Origin: Eledone cirrhosa
Lineage: Eukaryota
Direction: 5' to 3'
NCBI GenBank assembly: GCA_964016885.1
Contig: OZ024742.1
Location: 136,462,001-136,526,000, forward strand
Length of the DNA stretch: 64,000 nucleotides
In this document: one piece after another, positions 55,416 to 64,000 of the stretch
Layout: each line of letters starts with the position of its first letter
How positions within the stretch are numbered: position 1 is the first letter of the stretch
Translations under genes and position numbers: made by a program
Notes under the pieces: model-generated
Told to the model about the DNA's origin: nothing
The model's input: only the letters and a program-made list of their open reading frames with translations
Database searches by the model: none

Positions 55416-56039
55416 GTGTTGTGCATGAATATTATTTAATTACTCACTCTATGCAAAGTAGACTGACTGTTTCAGTTAAGTCCTTGACACAAATAGTGGC
55501 TGTTATGAAGTAATGTATGGAAGTATATGGTTGTTTGTGATCTACCGAGAAGCCAACTAGCTTTTGAAATAGGTAAAGCTACTATTTCGTTTCGTTTTTG
55601 TGTATGAATAGAGTAAGAAATGCTTGCTCATACTTGTTTATGGAATTTAGTTAGATTGTTTTCCGTTATGATTTCAAATCCCACTGAAGTCGACTTTTGT
55701 TTTGCATACCTTTAGAATGAAGAAAATGCAATATCAGTCATGTACTAAGATTGATTAAATCAACTGCTACTTCACACAAAATCTGCAACAATGTTCTTAA
55801 CTTAGAAATCATTATTGTTTTAAAATTATGTTTGGGGTGATATGTCTGATAGAATGTGTTTCAGCATTTCTTAATGTTCCATTACGATTTTAGTTTAAAA
55901 CCTAATAAGCTTGACCCTTCTTTACTTCCTGCAGAAGTAAACAAAATAATGTACTTGGATTCATTTATTCGGCTATACCCTCCTCATCCTCCTCCTTCTT
56001 TTCATCCACTTATTCCTGAGGGGGAACAGTCCTCAAACA

Positions 56040-56880
56040 TTCCTTCTAGTGGGTCCTGTTGGATCAACCATCACCAACTGATCCAGCAGGATCCCCAAGT
56101 GAGGCCAGTCTAGCTCATTCATGTTATCCAACCATCTTGCTCGAGGTCAACCCCTGGGTCTCCTGCTAGTTGGTTTTGCCTGTAAAATCTATCCAGCGAT
56201 TCTTTTCTGAAACATTTTAACCACATGCCCATAGTATAGGAGCTATGATCTGTCAATTCAGAGATGTAGCAGCTCTAACTAGAGTGACTCTGATCTCCAA
56301 GCTATGCACTCTGTCGAGTAACATTACTCCAAAAACCCTTCGGAGGAACCTGATTTTGGCTGCTTATATTTGCAATCATGTTCTTTTGGTCATTACCCAA
56401 GATCCATGGCCATAGGGAAGGGTTGACATGAATATTGACCTACATCCCTTCTTTTGATTATTGAATGCTGAAGCAGGTGCATTACTGCAACATTTCCTGC
56501 AATTCTTGTACTTAATTCAGCCTCCTGCTTTTCATTGCTCATGAACATGGCTCCAAGATACTTGAACTTCTCAACCTAGTTTAGGTGAACTCCATTTACA
56601 TGTAGAATGCACTACGTAGGCTTCCTTGTGAGGATGAGTGTTTCAGTTTTGCAGCACTGATTTTCATTCCAGTCATGCAGCACTTGACATCAAACCTATA
56701 AAGTTCAAGTCAGAGCTCACCTTCTCTTGAGTTAAGTTACACCATGTTATCTGCAAATTTCAGCCAACTGATTTTACACCTGTCAGTCGTGATACCACTT
56801 CCAACCTGGCTGTGGATGCCAATCTTGTTCTTGAAAATAATGAACAGGAGAGGTGATAGTACAGACCCTTGGTGGAATCT
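56040..56880 (-). mobile_element. Degenerate RTE LINE (RT through C-terminus)
   Basis: Minus strand retains traces of QGSVLSPLLFIIF, FADN, FKYLG and GRRPRG motifs. Many stops. Confidence 0.6.
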
Positions 56881-58630
56881 GACTCTCATTTAATTGACTA
56901 TATCCTTTCATGGGTTAGATACTAATTGGATTAGCAGAATACTTAGAGTTAAATCATCAAAGGCTTTGCAGTATTTTATTTAGCTCTTTACATTCTCAAT
57001 GCAAATGCCACCATAGTCACATTTGCCTTTGACCATTTTGAGGATGATAAAATTAATTAACATTCAGGTACTGGAGTTGACATAATCTAATATCTCATAT
57101 CCCTAAATTTTTCCCTTGTTCCTATGTTAGAAATTATCCTTATCATAGCATCAGACACCCTGCTTCATGACATAGAGTTATGACCCTTCATGTTCTGAGT
57201 TCAAATCCCACACAATATAATTATATGTACTTTCATCCTCGACTGGCTGAGGGCCACATCTTGTTCATATACATTCCTGTTTTGGCAAGGTTTCTATTAC
57301 AACATGCACTTCTTAATGCCAACAAATAAACAGTCTATGAGAATTTTATTATGAATCACACAACAGACGAGATTTCTTGGCTGCTTTCTCATGGTTTCTA
57401 TGGCCAAGTGCCCCTTCGATCACCAACCACTTTACATCATACATTATTACTATCAAATTATATTATCTATAGTTTGTTTATTTTAATGCTCAGTATATAT
57501 GTCTTAGCTTATGATTACTCTATTTCTTTGCATATAATACGACTTGAGTAAAATACAGTACTTGTTTCTGAATAAAAAGAAGCAAGACTAAATTATATCC
57601 TTGTGTACAATATGACACCAGAGTAAAGTCATATTAAATTAATTTTTTTTCTTCATAAATTTTAACATGTTACCCAAATTCCTGATCTTACACTTCCATT
57701 TCAATTCATTGTCGTGTCTCTCATGACTTTAAAGAAGGTATTGTTTGTTAAACAAATGGAAGAATAACTGTTTAGCAAACAATAACTTCAGAACATGGGA
57801 ATTATCAAGCTAGTTATTCAGGTGGGGAAAATATATATTTTAACAATATTTAGACATTCACTGAAACTGTAATGTTATCAAAACCCGCCAGATCTTATGT
57901 CATTATTATATTAATTTACTTTATATATATCTTGTTTTAGGGACAAATGACATTCCATTATATTGATTCCCAAAGAACAAATATTACCAATATACCAAAT
58001 ACCATTTGTAATCAATTGTTATCAACATGTTTCTACTTAGATTTATTGTCTATTTCACCCATTGATTGTATTTGCAATCTTGTCATTTGAAATACATATT
58101 TCTAATCTCTGTAAAAATGTCTGAGCACATGTACTCATGTATAATACGAATCCATATCCATTTGTTTTCTTTTTCTTTTTGCTATTAAATTTAGTACAGA
58201 AATTTTTCTATTATACATGATAAAATACAATTTTTTCTTTGCTGCTTTTATTACTACAACTACTACTAATAATAATAATACTACTTCAGAAGATAAAAAT
58301 GAAGAAGAAGAGAAAAGAAAGAATGCACTGTTGAAATCCCACATGTTAAGAGAACTAGAAATGTGTCAAAATGGGATCAGAGTGTTATCCAACAAACTTG
58401 AGCTTAAAGGAATGGGTGGAAGCTATCACTCATGGGTTGACCTGTCTATTGGCACACACTTGCCAAAAGACATGAGGACCATCAAAAAGTCTTGGAAAAG
58501 AGAGAGTGAGTTGCCACTCCTAGGTAACATATATTGCACAGCTTTTCACTCAAAGGGCTTGTCCTAAAATGTCAAGATTCCACTTCTCTCCATGACAAAA
58601 TTATCAGAACTCATGAGCGTCACCGCATAA

Positions 58631-58711
<81 letters not shown>

Positions 58712-58713
58712 CA

Positions 58714-58778
<65 letters not shown>

Positions 58779-59482
58779 TGTTAGATATTGTAGCAGCTGC
58801 ACAAATTTACACCTGCAAAACAGAAAATAACCGAGTATCTCTTCATTTTTCCTAATATTATATAGTTTTACTACAATGCAGTAATATTTAGCTTCATGCC
58901 ATTACTGACTGTTTTCCCTTACATCCCATTTCACATATTTCAACACATTATATTGTAATTAAAAATACTGGGAAGATATTTGATATATCAGGTGGGCTGC
59001 GATCAAAATATAAAATAGAATGGACTAATTTAAAGGTTATTTCTTTGCAGTTGTACAAATATTTTCTTTATATTCTTTCATGTTACCCACGTTTTGTAGT
59101 AATTCTCACTACTTCATAATCACTGTTACCATCTCAAGCTTGTATATATATATCATATTCTTTGCCATTATAATAACAAATATAGATGCCATTGAGTTCT
59201 TAGTTGCTTCATGAAATTATTTATTTCTATTTCATTTTAAATTCAAACTACTGATGTTCACACACACAGACGTGTAAGAGTGTGTATGTGTGTGTATATA
59301 TGTATATATTATATATGTGTATGTATATGTATATATATATGTATATGTATATATGTATATGTATATATACATGTATATATATAAATATATATGTATATAT
59401 ATATATATGTGTGTATATAAATATATATGTATATGTATATATGTATGTATATATGTATGTATATATGTATATGTATGTATAT

Positions 59483-59513
<31 letters not shown>

Positions 59514-59571
59514 TGTATATATATATATATGTGTTTATATATATATATATGTATGTATATATATATGTATG

Positions 59572-59643
<72 letters not shown>

Positions 59644-59859
59644 TGTATTTAGAATAATATGTATGTATGTATATAGATATATGTATGCTTATATATATAT
59701 ATGTATGTATATAGATATATATGTATATATATTTATGTATGTATGTTTGTATGTATATATGTATGTACGTATTTATATATATATATATGTATATATATAT
59801 GTATATATATATATATATCTGTATGTATGTATATATATATATGTATATATATATGTATG

Positions 59860-59890
<31 letters not shown>

Positions 59891-60349
59891 GTATGTATAT
59901 ATATATATATATGTATGTATGTATATATATATGTATGTGTATATATATATGTATGTGTATATATATATGTATGTATATATATATATGCATGTATATATAT
60001 ATTTATGTATATATATATATATGTATGTATGTATGTATGTATATATGTATGTATGTATATATGTATGTATGTATATATGTATGTATATATATATATGTAT
60101 GTATGTATGTATATATATATATATATGTGTATATATATATATCTGTATGTATATAACGGCGATGAGTTAGTTTTGCGAGGTTTTTTAAATGAAATCGTGT
60201 GTCGAAACAAATATTGTTATACTTGGGAGATTACCGATATAAAAGACACAGAAGCGAAAAGCGAAAACCAACCAAACAGTGAGTGTGTTCTGTTATTAAT
60301 TCTGGCAATATTACACAAATATGACCCTCCCCAAGTATAACAATGTATG

Positions 60350-60422
<73 letters not shown>

Positions 60423-60605
60423 GTATATGTATATGTATATATATGTATATGTATATATATGTATATATATGTATACATATATATATGTATGTATGTATAT
60501 ATATGTATATATATATATATATGTATGTATATATATATATATATGTATAAATATATATATGTATGTATATGTATGTATATATATGTATATATATATATAT
60601 GTATG

Positions 60606-60638
<33 letters not shown>

Positions 60639-60713
60639 GTATGTATATATATATATGTGTATATATATATATGTATGTATATGTATGTTTATATATGTAT
60701 ATATTTATATATG

Positions 60714-60747
<34 letters not shown>

Positions 60748-60815
60748 AGTATGTATATATATGTATGTATATATATATATATATATGTATGTATATATAT
60801 ATATATATATGTATG

Positions 60816-60852
<37 letters not shown>

Positions 60853-61067
60853 GTATATATATATGTATATATATATATGTATATATGTATATATACATAT
60901 GTATATGTATATATGTATATGTATGTATATATATGTATATGTATATATATGTATATGTATATATATGCATATATATATGTATATGTATATATGTATATGT
61001 ATTTATATATATATGTATATGTATGTGTATATGTATGTATATGTATATGTATGTATATATGTATATG

Positions 61068-61232
<165 letters not shown>

Positions 61233-61237
61233 TTATA

Positions 61238-61268
<31 letters not shown>

Positions 61269-61279
61269 GTATATTTATA

Positions 61280-61310
<31 letters not shown>

Positions 61311-61321
61311 GTATATTTATA

Positions 61322-61370
<49 letters not shown>

Positions 61371-61377
61371 GTATATT

Positions 61378-61500
<123 letters not shown>

Positions 61501-61521
61501 GTATACATATATATATATATG

Positions 61522-61646
<125 letters not shown>

Positions 61647-61671
61647 GTATATATATATGTATATATATATG

Positions 61672-61706
<35 letters not shown>

Positions 61707-61765
61707 GTATATATATATATATATATGTATATATATGTATATATATATATATATGTATATATATG

Positions 61766-61796
<31 letters not shown>

Positions 61797-61837
61797 GTAT
61801 ATATATGTATATATATATATATGTATATATATATATG

Positions 61838-61890
<53 letters not shown>

Positions 61891-61891
61891 G

Positions 61892-61985
<94 letters not shown>

Positions 61986-61998
61986 CATATATATATAC

Positions 61999-62689
<691 letters not shown>

Positions 62690-62884
62690 GCATGTATATA
62701 TATATATATGTATAAATGATAAGTAAGTATGTTTTGAAACAGTGAGCAGGTTTGAAATTAGAAAATAGAATACCATTCACCATATTTTTGACTAAAGATA
62801 TTTTAGCCTGTTAATGGGGTTTAGAACCCTCAGATAAATGGAAAAAGATCTGTATTGACGTACATGGGAGTACATATATGTATG

Positions 62885-62934
<50 letters not shown>

Positions 62935-63218
62935 GTATATATATATATATATATTATGTATATATATATATATATATATATATTATGTATATATATATAT
63001 ATATATCTGATGATTCTAAAGACATGATTTATGATATATATATGTATATATATGTATGTATATATATATGTATGTATATATATATATATATGTAGGTATA
63101 TATATATATGTATGTATATATATATATATATGTAGGTATATATATATATGTATGTATATATATATATGTATGTATATATATATGTATGTATATATATATA
63201 TATGTATGTATATATATG

Positions 63219-63249
<31 letters not shown>

Positions 63250-63354
63250 ATATATGTATATATATATATATATATATGTATGTATATATATGTATATATA
63301 TATATATATATGTATGTATATATATGTATATATATATATGTATGTATATATATG

Positions 63355-63392
<38 letters not shown>

Positions 63393-64000
63393 TATATGTA
63401 TGTATATATGTATGTATATATGTATGTATATATGTATGTATATATATATATTTATGTATATATATATATGTATGTATATATATATGTATGTATATATATA
63501 TGTATGTATATATATATGTATGTATATATATATGTATGTATGTATATATATATGTATATATGTATGTATGTATATATGTATGTATATATATATATAATGA
63601 ATAATTCTCATCAGAGAATACTGACTCTTAAAACCTTAATTCCTTGACAGATTATCATTTATCTAGTGCTCTCTGGCGAGACATTATGTATTCTATCAGA
63701 ATTCCATATTTCCCCATTTCTGTTGGACTACTGCTGGTCACCTATTATCTCTCTCCATCAGAAGAAGGGCACAAAGAGAATTTCACTAACAAATGCTAAC
63801 TAACCTCATTAAAAGCAAATATAATTACCTAATCTACTAACTAATCAACTCTTGACATCATCTTGTCATTTTCATGTTCATGAAGAAAGAGCACTCTAAA
63901 TTACTTTAGCTCAATCATAATACCCATATATTTGAATGTTAAATATGTTAGGAGTGATATATACAGGGAGAGAGATGAAATTGAGAGTGTGGTGCCAAGC

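Noticed and set aside
63008-63620. Isolated CTGATGA words at 63008 (+), about 63614 (-) and also 45420 (+)
   Set aside because: No downstream GAAA-stem III-NUH with a pairing stem I, so no hammerhead can be called.

Overview
AT-rich, microsatellite-dense animal genomic DNA. The SINE and RTE repeat content suggests an octopus or other coleoid cephalopod (inference). The window lies inside a teneurin gene on the + strand. Five coding exons can be spliced in frame with GT-AG sites: the linker region and EGF repeats 1-5, with the diagnostic Cys-to-Tyr change in EGF2 and EGF5. The introns contain a 5'-truncated L1/Tx1 LINE with an 11-bp TSD, RTE and CRE-like LINE fragments, many tRNA-derived SINEs, a fold-back mariner derivative, a non-autonomous Helitron and kb-scale (TA)n arrays. 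The most notable unannotated signal is a set of at least four, possibly five, sequence-unrelated type I hammerhead ribozyme families. Most lie in small Penelope-like or retrozyme-like elements with an inverted terminal copy, inserted in or next to (TA)n. One retains a GIY-YIG endonuclease tail, and one 592-bp non-coding unit carries the rare U3-A8 covariant core. All RNA structures were folded by eye and are untested. SINE and degenerate LINE boundaries are approximate.
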